Shown: positions 35,273 through 49,851 of the stretch, one piece after another
Position numbering within the stretch: the first letter of the stretch is position 1
Layout: each line of letters opens with the position of its first letter
Assembly: GCF_009914755.1 (NCBI RefSeq)
Contig: NC_060926.1
DNA: 64,000 bases
Reading direction: 5' to 3' (one strand)
Source of the DNA: the human T2T-CHM13v2.0 reference genome, Homo sapiens
Program-made: the position numbers and the translations under genes
The notes under the pieces: generated by a model
What the model was told of the DNA's origin: nothing
What the model saw: the letters and a program-made list of their open reading frames with translations, nothing else
Databases searched by the model: none

Positions 35273-35419
35273 GTATTTCATGATGTTGCCTATAAAGCTA
35301 AAGATCGTAATGACTTGGTATCAGGAATTGATGAGTTTCTGGATCAGGTTACTGTTCTCCCTCCTGGAGAATGGGATCCAAGCATTCGAATAGAGCCTCC
35401 CAAAAATGTTCCTTCCCAG
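35273..35419 (+). CDS. SLC4A10: SLC4A10 coding exon (probable exon 11), 147 nt, phase 0-0
   Basis: tttcttctaAAG|GTA acceptor; donor CAG|GTATGT. Encodes [49 protein letters not shown]. Confidence 0.96.
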
Positions 35420-35483
35420 GTATGTATATTTGAAGACATTCTTTGAAATTGAATTTTTTTTTGTCTTTTAAATGCATGTTTTA

Positions 35484-37264
<1,781 letters not shown>

Positions 37265-38755
37265 TAAATGCATGTTTTACAATAGCATAACCCATCAAGA
37301 AGATTCAAATGATTTAAAGGATAGCCTCTAAGGCAGAAGGGGCATGAAGTTACAAGATCTTTCTTAGTACTACCTAACACACATTACTGAGAAACTTGGC
37401 AGTTTGATGACAACCTACTAATCAAACAGTGCCATATGCCTGGAAAGATTTTAGCCCCTACTTAAAACATATTATCCAAGAGGAATATTAAAATTTTAAT
37501 AACAACATTAAATATGGCCTAAGAGAAAGCGCATTACTGTCCTTGTATGTTTTGATACATCACTTTGAAATTGGCAAGCATTAGGAAAATTCAAAGACAT
37601 GACTTAATCATATTATATAGAAAACTCCATATTTATTACTGCTAATCACAGGAAATATTGGGAAGATTTTAAAATTATAATTCTTATATTTGTATTGCTT
37701 TTTTGTGAATGTATGATATAAAGATTTTTTAAATTTTGTTTATGAACATCTAATGTATATTTTACCCATCATACAATCCAGAAAGATAGAAATATAAAGC
37801 ATTGCTATTTTTTAGGGTCATTTTTTAAATTGCAGGCATGAGTATTAAGAGTGATGACCAAATATTTGTTAAGCTCACTCCTCATACTGCCACCTCTATG
37901 CCTACTGAATCTGCCTCCCACAACCCTCCCAAATTGTTGTGTACTTAGTCTTGCCTTTGGCCCTTGCCCTGTGGAGTTCAGCCTTGCCTGACTCTGCTAC
38001 CCTATTGGAAGCGGCAGATGGTCTAATTGACCCAGCCCTGGAATTAGAAATTTTCCTGCTTTGCCAGAGGTGGGCAAATGAGCAGTTGTACCACTCAACC
38101 ATGAGTACTTAAAAAGGGTATCTCAATTTCACTGTCAATTTAAAGAAACTATATGGATACCTCATTTTTATATTTTCATTTTGAAATCATTTCATAATTA
38201 TTAAAGACTATTTCCTTTTCTCAAAACTTACCATTTTGTGATTATGTAACTGCTACCACATATTTCAGTTGATCTACTATTAAAATAAAAAGTTGCCTAA
38301 TAATTAATTGTAGGGTTTATAGATTGTCTCATTTCTGTACTTGTAGAATACATCTTTGTACTAATGATATTAGAAAAGGCAATATAATGCTTCCTGAGTA
38401 TGTAGAAACTCTTTAATTAATGTTATTTGGAGAAATGCAGCAAAATATTAATACATTCAGAATGAGGCTTTAAAATTCACTGTAATACCCATTAGCTATT
38501 GAAACATTGAAGTTAAGTGTTTTTGAAAACACCTTTGTGAACAATAATGTTTTTGAGGCAAGTTGAGTGATGGGAGGCCAATATTGTTTATGATTTTATG
38601 ACACCCTTTAAAATCGAATTAATTATTGGATTCTGGGTATTGAGAGGCAGTCATAGAAAGAACATCAAATTAAGAATCAAAGCATCCGAGTTCTGCAATT
38701 ATCTATATGTATGACCTTGAACAAATGTTTTAACCTCTCTGTTGATGTTCTGTAT

Positions 38756-38940
38756 CAGCACTGTCCAACAGAGTTTTCTGCAATAATGGAAATATTCTAC
38801 GTCTATGCTATCCAGTAATCAAGCCACTAGTAAGCATTAGAAATGTTGCCATTGTAACTAAAGATCAGAATTTTTCATTTTAATTACCTTAAATGTAAAT
38901 AGACATATGTAGTTTGTGGCTATCATATTAGACAGCATAG
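38756..38940. mobile_element. MER3-like hAT-Charlie MITE within a MIR relic
   Basis: cagcactgtccaacag...ggaaatattcta...gtggctatcatattagacagcatag terminal pattern. Confidence 0.72.
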
Positions 38941-39239
38941 TTCTATACAACAAATTTGAAATTACAGATATGCTCTATGCTTCTTTTCAACATTCATGTT
39001 TTAAAAATATATGTTGTAATTGAATAATAGATAGCATGAGGCTATGTTTTCTATTAGACGGAGTGAAATGAGTTAATATACATTAAACATTCTGACCTCA
39101 TACTCTTTCAAATTTTTTCACCATTGGGATCATTTCCATCTTTTTTATTCATTTGAAATGTGCAAATCCCAGCATTTTAAATATTTTTTCCCTTTCAGTT
39201 AAGAGAAGAATAACCTGTCACCTCCAGGGATAACCCTGA

Positions 39240-40200
39240 AAATGTTCATTAGAACTTTGCATCAGTCATTAAAATCACTCCCTTTTGTGTACCCTCAACT
39301 TATTTGCTCTTCTCTCATGTCGTGTACTTGCTTGGCAAAACCACAACCCTGTGAGAATCCAACACTTTACTCTGTACCGCACTGATGAAGCTGAAGCTGA
39401 AGGAAAACATGTAACCACACTAACTGGTCTCACATAAATTCATGACCACATACCTCAAGTGAGCCCTTTGTGTTGCAGGTTCATCATACTACACTTTCCT
39501 AGTCCAATCATTCTCACTTGATGACTATTTCACACTTATTCTTCTCTCCTCAAGCCTTCAGCACATCCTTTCTGACCCTCACTCTCATATGCTGATGTGC
39601 CTTTTATTTCCCTAAGAAATTTGAAACAATCAAAAAAGAACTTCTATAGATTGCTACATGCATCCACATACTCTGCCTTCCTGTTCATTACTATTGATGA
39701 AATAGCCAAAGTCAGCCTTCTACTTGTGCACTAGAAAGAACCTATCTCTTCACATCTACTCAAGAGCACAACTCTACCAATTCTCCTCTTTCTCTTCTAT
39801 ATCATCAAATCTTTTTTTCTGTATTTTATCACTTTTATTAGCATACAATACTATTAAATTTACCAATCTTAAATAAAAGAACTCTCTTGATACCACTACC
39901 CAGCCTGCCACTGTTATTCATTCCCTTTTATAACAAAATGCCACAGAAGAGTTCTCTGTGCTACTTGTCTCCAGTTACTCTCCTCCAATTCTCTTTTAAC
40001 ATTCACTCCAAGAGGCTTTTGCCCCTACCATTTCACTAAAATACATACGAGAACAATGATCTCCACCATGCTAAGTCCCATGGTCAATTCTCAGCCTGCA
40101 TTTTATCTAATCTATCAATGAACAGCATTTAAGAGTTGATGACTCCCTTTTCCTTAATATATGTTCTTTACTTGGCTCCCAAAACATCACCTTCTGTTAG
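39240..40200 (+). mobile_element. L2 internal fragment
   Basis: cactccaagaggcttttgcccctaccatttcactaaa...aatgatctcc...ggtcaattctcag resembles the L2 ORF2 region. Confidence 0.7.
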
Positions 40201-41504
40201 TTTTGTCATTATAAAATAGAGTTAATTTATCTAGTCAGTAGTATTTTCCCAGAAGACCACATAATAATGCTTGCTTTCTGAGACCTGTGAAAGCTATGAA
40301 TTGTTTTCCTAGGTGATTGGGAAGTAGGTATTGAGGGAAACTCTTAAATCCCTTTATTAATGTATCCTATTTACCTGTAAAGACAGTTCCTTCATCAGTT
40401 GACAGATGCTTCTCTTTTATCTTTGAACTTTAGTCTTACTGCGTCCATCCATTTGCCTGGGAAAATTGTTAAAATATTAAGCAATAAACTTTCTTATATT
40501 GAGCATTTTTCAAAACCTTTTTTATGTTTTAAACCTGTATCATTCTATCTAAATGTCTCATGGTAAGTGAGATCAGTTTATAAGTCACTTTTGTTTTTCA
40601 TGTTTACACTAATTCTATTTTGGAATGGTGGTCAAGTAAAAATCATAATTTCACCACTTAAGATTTTTCCTATTATCCTTTGAAGTGCTTTTGAACACAT
40701 TGGTGTGCTCTAAGATCACCATAGGTAGGATTTTAGGTAGAACTTTCTGATTTTTTAAGAAATCATATTCACCAACAAAAGCAGGTGGAATAGACCATGG
40801 GAAAACAATACTTACCTGAATCTCTACTAATTTGTCATTGGTTAAATTAGAAGCCTCCTTTTACAACAGTCTTTGGCACTCTATGAGTTAGAAAGACCTA
40901 TATTGTAAACTATTTACTGGGTAGAAAAACACCAGCTGGAATTACACAGAGAAATATACTTTAAAAATAGTGATGATGGTTACTGTTCTTTGAACAGTTA
41001 AACTATGCCACGCATATAACACCACCATACTTAACACCTCCTCACGCCAACCTACCCACATCCTGATCTCTCTCTTTGCCCCTTCCCTTACTTCATTTTT
41101 CTTCATAGCTCCCATCTGTACCTGATATTATAAGGTTATTGTCTCTTCACTAACAGAATGCTTTTTCTTGCCCACCTTTGCAGCTCTAGCATTCATTACA
41201 ATGAATGGCATACACTAGGCACTCAGTTTTAGTTGAAAGAATAAATAAGTGCCCATCACCTCATTTAATTCTCTTAGTCACACTATAAGATAGATACTGT
41301 TGTTACCCCCAGTAAACAAAGGAAGAAACTAACACTTTAAAAGGCTAAATAACTTCCTGGAGGTCAAGCAACAAGTAAGTACAGAGCCTGGGTTCTCAGC
41401 TATTGTGCATATTGCTTCAAGGAAAAATGAACTGTTATTATTATTTACAATTAACACCTGAAATTAAAACAAAACAAAACACATGAACAAAAAACTCTCC
41501 ACAG

Positions 41505-41605
41505 GAGAAGAGGAAGATTCCTGCTGTACCAAATGGAACAGCAGCTCATGGGGAAGCAGAGCCCCACGGAGGACATAGTGGACCTGAACTCCAGCGAACT
41601 GGAAG
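41505..41605 (+). CDS. SLC4A10: SLC4A10 coding exon (probable exon 12), 101 nt, phase 0-2
   Basis: ctctccaCAG|GAG acceptor; donor AAG|GTTAGT. Encodes EKRKIPAVPNGTAAHGEAEPHGGHSGPELQRTG(R). Confidence 0.94.
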
Positions 41606-44597
41606 GTTAGTGAAAATCACTTCTATGGGACTTCAAGGACCAAATGACATACCATTCTTCTCTGTCAGAAATTGCTATTTTGGGATCTAATTTATTGTAT
41701 ACTTTTAATACCTGCTTTTTGAGGGTGAAAATGCCAATTAGTTTGATTTCTCTGAAGTTGCTAATGATTGTCATTACTGTTAAACTAAAACAGTGGATAC
41801 ACCCTTCCATTATACTTTACCTAGTCTTTCATTTTGCTGTGCATAAAATGCATTCTCAGATTCTTAGAATGAAAAGGAAAACCGTCAATTGACCCTTCCA
41901 AAAGAACCCATTGAAAGCTTCAAGTTGAAGATAGAAATAAAACTAAATACCAACAACTCAGTCTTGTAGGCCCTATCTCATTAAATGCAAGTAGGATGTA
42001 TATAGTGGTATTTTTTATTTTTATGGCTGTGATTTGAAAGAGCTATATGATTTATTTTTCTAATCACACATCTTTGAAGAGATGAAAGCTTCAATTTATT
42101 TCTTAAAATGGTGCTTCATGGTTTTTTTGACAGCTTGTCTCTCTCTAAGCAATGTGTGAGCAGAAAATCAGAAACCCTTGGGTGGGTCTCTCTTCAGGGA
42201 ATATGTGTATAGCCTCCATTATAATTAAAGGCAGTTGCAAAGGCTTTGCAGGATTGGTGCTCCCCTCCCCTCAAGGCCATTTTCTGTACTGCTTGCAATG
42301 TGTCCTCTAAGCTGACTTTCCAGTTCCTGAGCACTCTGCATTTTAATTCTGTGTTCTTTCCCTTTATCTATGTGTTGTCTCTGAGGAAATGTCCTTTAAT
42401 GTCTTCCTCAGGCTTGATACCTAATTTGAGATGGTTCAAACAATTTTTTCCTTTTCCCTTCACTGGAAGCTTTGTTACTCATTCTGTTTGCTTTCATACT
42501 TTCAAATGCTGTCTTTTTATTTTTGGTGGTATTTTTTTTCTCTTTCTCAGGTGTAACATGCCACATAGCTTAGATTTTTTTCGAAGTTCACTTTTCCTTA
42601 CTGCTTCCTAAATCCTCCCAGGTCACCAATATCCGGTATCTTCGCTTCTCCAGAGTTCTTCCACAGATTCTGTTGCTGACATGACTTGAAGTATCCATTA
42701 CTCATCTGCTCTCCTGGAGTTGCTGGTGTACATCTGGGCTGCTCTTGCACTGTTCTCTGTAATGAACTCCCACTTCCGGATTTAGATTTTTACTGCTAAA
42801 AGCACATTTATTACACAGTACTATAACAACTATTCAGACTAATGTATGCTCTAATAAGTAATTGATTAGAATCAATGGTCTAATATAAAGTGCTTTCAAA
42901 ACTATAAATATTAATTACTAATTAATAGCTCATAACCACCTCAAATTCTTTTTGGGATCAGGTGGGATATAAATCATAAATGAATGCCTAAATAGACTGG
43001 TAGAGTAAATCTGTTTTGAATTGTGACTTTGATAAGTTAACAAATTATTCAGAAATGATCCCTAAAATAAAAAAAAATGCATATGTTTTACCAAACATGG
43101 GTAGAGAAGCCTAAGGTGATCTTTATGTGTACAAATATTTCACAGGTTCTCTGCAAGCTTCTCTGAGTTTCAAATGTCCTTTTATTCAATTGAAGTTTCA
43201 TTCTTCTCAACCCTCTCCTACTCCATAGCTCTCTAATGGAAGCAATCACAGGAAAATATAGTGATCTTATACCTGCATAATAGTAGAAGAGTTATTAATA
43301 GGTAACTATTACAGATAAATCAGATCAGGGAAATTACTTGGTAAAATATTTTAATTATTCATAATATGTACATCTTTTATTTCAAATTCTAAGGAGAATT
43401 TATTTCTAAAAAGGACAGTCCTTTCTGAGATGATTCTAGGACTGCCAAATGAATATTCCTATGCATAAAATAAATAAGAAAAATGAAACAGTTTTTTATG
43501 ATCCAAGTATACTCAGCATGCTGGCAGTATATTGGAGCATAATAAGATTTTTCACCACTGACATTAACCTTCATGTAGGAACTTATTCATAGTCTTATTC
43601 ATTTTTGCTATCACATCATTATTCCATGGAGCAAAACTTACAGTAGCCAAATGTTAAGTCTGCGTATTGTTATTAAATGTTCATAAAATGAGAATACCTA
43701 CTTATTAATGCTCTCATTTCTTATAGATTTAAAAAAAGATCTCAAATTTCAAGCATAATTTCACAGTTTAATACTTTTCCCCCAAAATAATTATCTTTCA
43801 AGTGTTTCAACATGGTTTTGAATATATTTGGAGTAAATGAATTTATACCAAGTAAGGTCACTATTGTCTTGTGAATCACAGATGCTGGGATATGTTAACG
43901 CAATAGTGGATCAAAATTACATTTATCTAGTTTTATTATTATAAGGACTCCCTCCTAGTTTTCTAAAAATGAAAACAGCTCTGAAACCTATCTGTCTCTA
44001 CTAAGTATTGCTGCCATCCAAAAGGACATTTAGATGTCTTCCTGCAACAATATCTGGTGAGGGATTTTTGTTTGTTTGTTTTTTGGCCGAGAGAGTAGGT
44101 AACTGGAGCCATGGTTAAACATTGCTTTTTCTCTCTAGGGTGATGCTCACTACTGGAGTATACAAAAGCCAGCTAACCCTCCCTCCCTCACTTCCTGCTA
44201 TGCTAAATGGAATTAAACATTTAGAAATACTGCCAATGATTGAGGGTTGTAGGCCTGAGTTTAGGAGGAGTAGGTTGATGTAGAAATGGCACAGAGATTA
44301 GAGTAATCCTTGAATCTCATTATTTGGATTATGATTGGTAAACAGCTCTGAACCTTGTTTAAGAGAACCTGGGATTTTTGGTGGTTGACACGATATTGGG
44401 TTAGGAATTGAGGTAACGAACGTAGTTGTGCAGTGCCTCCCTGTAGATTGTTATAAGACAATGCAGCAGGTTAATGTGTGTCTCACCTCTGCTGATGGAA
44501 AACGTATACTGTGACCTGGCAACAAAGCAAATGAGCATTTTGACTTGTGTGTTTTTTATATTTGGGTTTCACTATTGTGTTTTCCCCCCTGTCTTAG

Positions 44598-44772
44598 GAT
44601 TTTTGGGGGACTTATTTTAGATATCAAAAGAAAAGCTCCATACTTCTGGAGTGACTTCAGAGATGCTTTCAGCCTGCAGTGCTTAGCATCTTTTCTATTT
44701 CTCTACTGCGCGTGTATGTCTCCTGTCATCACGTTTGGAGGACTGCTGGGAGAAGCAACTGAAGGGCGTATA
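44598..44772 (+). CDS. SLC4A10: SLC4A10 coding exon (probable exon 13), 175 nt, phase 2-0, includes TM1
   Basis: Pyrimidine tract plus TAG acceptor; donor ATA|GTATGT. Encodes [58 protein letters not shown]. Confidence 0.96.
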
Positions 44773-45369
44773 GTATGTATTATGCTTTTCTCTGAACTTT
44801 GAAACATAATCCATTTTTAAGATTCATAGTTAGATAAGTGAGCATTTAATTTTGGATTCTTTTCTGAGGAGAGATTTGAGATATGGTCTGGCAGATACAC
44901 CTTATATGAATTTCCTGGATGGCTAGTGGAACTGGTAATCTGGGAGTGGAATGTCTCAGAATAACTAGTTCTGAGTCTTACAAAAGGTTCTCATCTGATG
45001 CCTTGCCCTCAGCGCCCCCAATCCTAAGCTAGGTTTAGTCTCCATTCTTGTCTCACAAGAGGTCCATTTGCTATGTACCCGGGCCATGTTTCTGTCCAGA
45101 CACTAATCCTGAATACATTTAAACCTTTTGTAAGGCAACAGAGACGTGAGATAGGAAAGTGAAGAGAACACTCCTACCTTTGCTACTATGCATTTTCTTC
45201 TTGCTGTCAGCCCCTTTAGTCATCCTTCTACCCCACGTCTTGCCCAGGGTTGCTAGACTTTTCAGGGTGAAGCACAAAGCACATATCCATGTATTTTAAA
45301 TGTCTTCTCCTTAGCTACAATGGCCTCCTGTACAGCTTAGGTAATTGAACCATTTATATCTCTACACAG

Positions 45370-45503
45370 AGTGCAATTGAATCTCTCTTTGGAGCATCCA
45401 TGACCGGGATAGCCTATTCTCTCTTTGGTGGACAGCCTCTTACCATATTAGGCAGTACAGGACCAGTTTTGGTGTTTGAAAAGATTTTGTTTAAATTTTG
45501 CAA
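45370..45503 (+). CDS. SLC4A10: SLC4A10 coding exon (probable exon 14), 134 nt, phase 0-2
   Basis: ctctacaCAG acceptor; donor CAA|GTAAGT. Encodes SAIESLFGASMTGIAYSLFGGQPLTILGSTGPVLVFEKILFKFC(K), with the anion-exchanger family GQPL..GSTGP motif. Confidence 0.96.
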
Positions 45504-45769
45504 GTAAGTGTTATGTACTTTTTGGCCCTTAGCCTCTTCCTTTTTTCTTTACTGTATTTATACTTCTCCCAACATCACTTTTGGAGGTCTGTTGATAGAG
45601 ACAGAATTGCCTGATTTGTTTCAGTTTATCATTTTTGCTTCATCATGGGAATAGAGGAAAAGTAAAATATTTATGTATATTTTTATGTAATATTTTTAAA
45701 AAGTAAGACTCAGTTATAAGCATCGATAAATCCCTTTTGATTTTGTCCCTTTAGATGTTCCCTTTAGAC

Positions 45770-46087
45770 CGGTGGTCTGCAACCATTTTGGCACCAGGGA
45801 CTGGTTTCATGGAAGACAATTTTTCCACAAAGAGGGTTGAGGGGATGGTTTTGGAATGAAACTGTTCACCTCAGATCATCAGGCATTAGATTCTCATAAG
45901 GAGCACACAATCTAGATTCCTCACATGCACAGTTCACAATAGGGCTTGTGCTCCTATGAGAATCTAACGTCCCCACTGATCTGACAAGAGTCTGAGCTCA
46001 GGCGGTAATGCTCACTCGCCTGCCACTCACCTCCTGCTGTGCAACCCTTTTCATAACAGGCCATGGACCAGGGGTTGGGGACCCCTG
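45770..46087 (+). mobile_element. MER1B hAT-Charlie MITE with perfect 8-bp TSD, between exons 14 and 15
   Basis: ggcaccagggactggtttcatggaagacaatttttccac start; ggttggggacccctg end; TSD ctttagac at 45762-45769 and 46088-46095. Confidence 0.9.
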
Positions 46088-46235
46088 CTTTAGACAGTCT
46101 TGAGTTTAGATACTCATGGGATGTGAAGCTTATTTACTTTCACTTCCTGAATGAGGTTTATTTTCATTTGCTTAAAATGATAGCAAGCTGTTAAATGACC
46201 TTCTTTTCACTGTTCTTTCCTTTTCCTCCTCCCAG

Positions 46236-46481
46236 AGAATATGGGCTGTCATACCTATCTTTAAGAGCTAGCATTGGACTTTGGACTGCAACTCTATGTA
46301 TCATACTTGTGGCCACAGATGCTAGTTCCCTTGTCTGCTACATCACTCGGTTTACTGAAGAAGCTTTTGCTTCCCTGATTTGCATCATTTTCATTTATGA
46401 GGCCCTGGAGAAGTTGTTTGAACTCAGTGAAGCATATCCAATCAACATGCATAATGATCTGGAACTGCTGACACAATACTC
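46236..46481 (+). CDS. SLC4A10: SLC4A10 coding exon (probable exon 15), 246 nt, phase 2-2
   Basis: Long pyrimidine tract plus CAG acceptor; donor CTC|GTAAGT. Encodes EYGLSYLSLRASIGLWTATLCIILVATDASSLVCYITRFTEEAFASLICIIFIYEALEKLFELSEAYPINMHNDLELLTQY(S). I recognised no further exon before the window end. Confidence 0.96.
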
Positions 46482-47404
46482 GTAAGTACCATTTCCCCTG
46501 CTGGCCTTGGGGCTTTTCTTTTGACAAATATTGCTATTGTTACAAGAAATATGAGGAAATTACTCAGCAGAGAATGTGCCTTAAGTTGATTCATGACCTA
46601 AATCCTGACTCTCAGAGTCGAACAGGATTTTAAAAGTTATTTAATCGGCCACTCATCTGCTACTTGCATTCTCATTATACCATCTCTGCCAAGAGTATCT
46701 TTTTAAAGTTCTATTTGTCCAGTGTTCTCTAAAATAAGTAGATAAGGAACCAATTCCATTTTAATATACACGAATTTTACCTTAGCGAAATATATGTTAT
46801 TTGGCGTTATTTCAGGGTCTTTTTAATTTACAATAATCCAAAGAAACATAGTAATGAAAATATAAGATTTCAAATTTAGAGCAATAAGGTAAAATAAACT
46901 TATTGGGTCTAAATCTTAGTAGATGTTTGAAAGTGTGGTAAAAACATAAATCACTGAATGAAAATTTAATTTTGGTTTTGGCACTTGTGACATTTTGATG
47001 GAAATACTCAGATATTAGTTGTTGAAGTTGATGTTACAGTCCGGGATTAAAGATGTGATTGGATCTATTGCTTTTTCTAGTTTTGGTGTATCAACAGTCT
47101 GAAATGTCTCTAAGGCTTTGTCTGCAGACTATATGTGGCCATTAAATGACCCCATTATTTAATTGTAGAATTTTTTATTGTGCTTATATGCAGTTTTTTA
47201 TACTGCAAATATCTGAAGCAATATGTTCTTTAGGAGACAGTTATAATCTCTGCATCAACCACCAATCATTTCCCTATAAACTGCTTAGATATGGCCTTGA
47301 ACCCTTTTAATATTTTTTAATCTTTATTTACTATCAGAAGTTTAAATTGTTGAAATCAGACCAAAATAGTGCAATGTTATAATTTTGTTAAGAATGACGA
47401 AATG

Positions 47405-47691
<287 letters not shown>

Positions 47692-48906
47692 TTATGTTGA
47701 AAATAATGTGAGTTTTAGTACTTTCACTTTTATATTATATTTAGAGATAACTTTAAACAACTGACCCCTATTTTTGAACAAGAAAAATCAAAGTGGAAAT
47801 ATAAAATAATTTTCCCATTAAAAGCAAATAGTGAGAATATTGTAAACAGGGCTAAGAAAGGACTGAGCATAGGTGTCAGGGACACTCAGAAAACAGGCAA
47901 ATGGGAAGAACAGTTTGATCAAAACCAGGGATAACATTGATACACGCCTTTTCATTTATCCTTACCTGAAAGAGAATCTCACTGAATTTGGATATCCTTG
48001 CTGGGATATGTAATTATCTCTGGTTGGATTTTCAAATCTACTACATGCCAGGCACTATACTAGGTGCTAGGAAAACCATGGTGAATCATATTCTGTCCTC
48101 AGTGAGCTTCCAGTTTAGTAGGGAATGTAGATAAACAGACAGCATAAGGAAATGAGTGCCGGGTTAAGAGGTTGGTACAGAATGCTATAGCAGCACATCA
48201 GGAGAGCACCTAACCCAGATTTGAGGTTCAGAGAAGGCTTCCTGGAGGAAATAATGTAGAATAAAAATGCAGTAGAAGTTAGGAAGGTGCTAAGGAATAG
48301 GGCAGAAAAGTAGTTCAGTCAAAGGGCATTCACAGGACTAGATGCAAGAGATGCATTCATGCTTTAAAATATTTGTCTGAAGTTATATAGATAGTGGTAA
48401 AACAAGAAATGGAATCCAGGTTTTATTACTGATATAATTTTCAGTACACTGATGAATACAGATAAACTCTCCAAAAGAAACTATGTAAAACAAATAAAAC
48501 AGGTAAAATCAGAACTATTCTGTTTCAAGTGGTAGGAAGGCACCCATTGCCTACCCTCTCAGCTGTTCTTTGAACCTTCATGGTAGCTTCTTAGGTACTT
48601 CAGACTGAGGAACATAGTTTAAAGTCCCTTGGTCTAGAAAGGAAAAAGATTGGAAAAGCAAGGTCTGAGCCCTGAACAATTTTCACAGCTCTAAAGTAGA
48701 ATGAGAAAAATGCAACCAATAGGCAAAAAATAAATAAATAAAAATAAGAAAGAAGCATCAGAAAAAGAGGAAACTATGGATAATGTCAGGTCGCAGAAGG
48801 CAAGAAACAAGAAATGTATCACAAAGTCTTTAGAGAGGACAGTGGCATGGACATCAAACAGAATAAGGAAAAGTGTTTGAAAAGAGATACCTGGTAGCTT
48901 TAAAAA

Positions 48907-49204
48907 ATTCTCAGCAAACTATTGCAAGGACAAAAAACCAAACACCGCATGTTCTCATTCATAGGTGGGAACTGAACAATGAGAACACATGGACACAGGA
49001 AGGGGAACATCACACACTGGGGACTGTTGTGGGGTGGGGGGAGGGGGGAGGGATAGCATTAGGAGATATACCTAATGCTAAATGACGAGTTGATGGGTGC
49101 AGCACACCAACATGGCACATGTATACATATGTAACAAACCTGCACGTTGTGCACATGTACCCTAAAACTTAAAGTATAATAATAATAAAATTAAAAAAAA
49201 AAAA
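48907..49204 (+). mobile_element. L1PA3/4-like 3' end (about 300 bp)
   Basis: End of ORF2 and 3'UTR with G-rich tract, AATAAA at 49184 and A tail. Confidence 0.93.
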
Positions 49205-49607
49205 CAACTGGTATTGGGTTGGGAAAGGAGGCAGAATGGGAAGCCAGTTTGCAAAAACTAACAAGGAAGTGGGTGGTAAAGAAATGGAGAAAGCTGCATA
49301 GGCCAGTTGGTGTCAAAGAAAGTGGGAAACAGAATGCCTTTTGAGGAGGGCAATGAAATCGTAAGATTGATAATTTGTGACAGAGAAGGACTATGTGTGT
49401 TTGAAAATGGGAGAATAGAGACTGAGGAAAGGAAGGCAGCAATGATGAAAAGAGTAGATAAACATGGGATTGCAACCTCCCAGGAGTCAAAAAATGATAA
49501 GATCAAGGGATTAAGTAAGACAAATGCTCAAAGGGTAATTTGAAAGCTAAAATAGCTTTATGTGGCCATGATCCCTGTCTGTCATGGTGATCAAAAGAGG
49601 AGTGACA

Positions 49608-49851
49608 TAGGTGGGAATTGAACAATGAGAACACATGGACACAGGAAGGGGAACATCACACACTGGGGACTGTTGTGGGGTGGGGGGAGGGGGGAGGGAT
49701 AGCATTAGGAGATATACCTAATGCTAAATGATGAGTTAATGGGTGCAGCACACCAACATGGCACATGTATACATATGTAACAAACCTGCACATTGTGTAC
49801 ATGTACCCTAAAACTTAAAGTATAATAACAATAAAATTAAATATATAAAAA
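49608..49851 (+). mobile_element. L1PA3/4-like 3' end (about 245 bp) with 15-bp TSD
   Basis: TSD aaaagaggagtgaca at 49593-49607 and 49852-49866. Confidence 0.94.
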
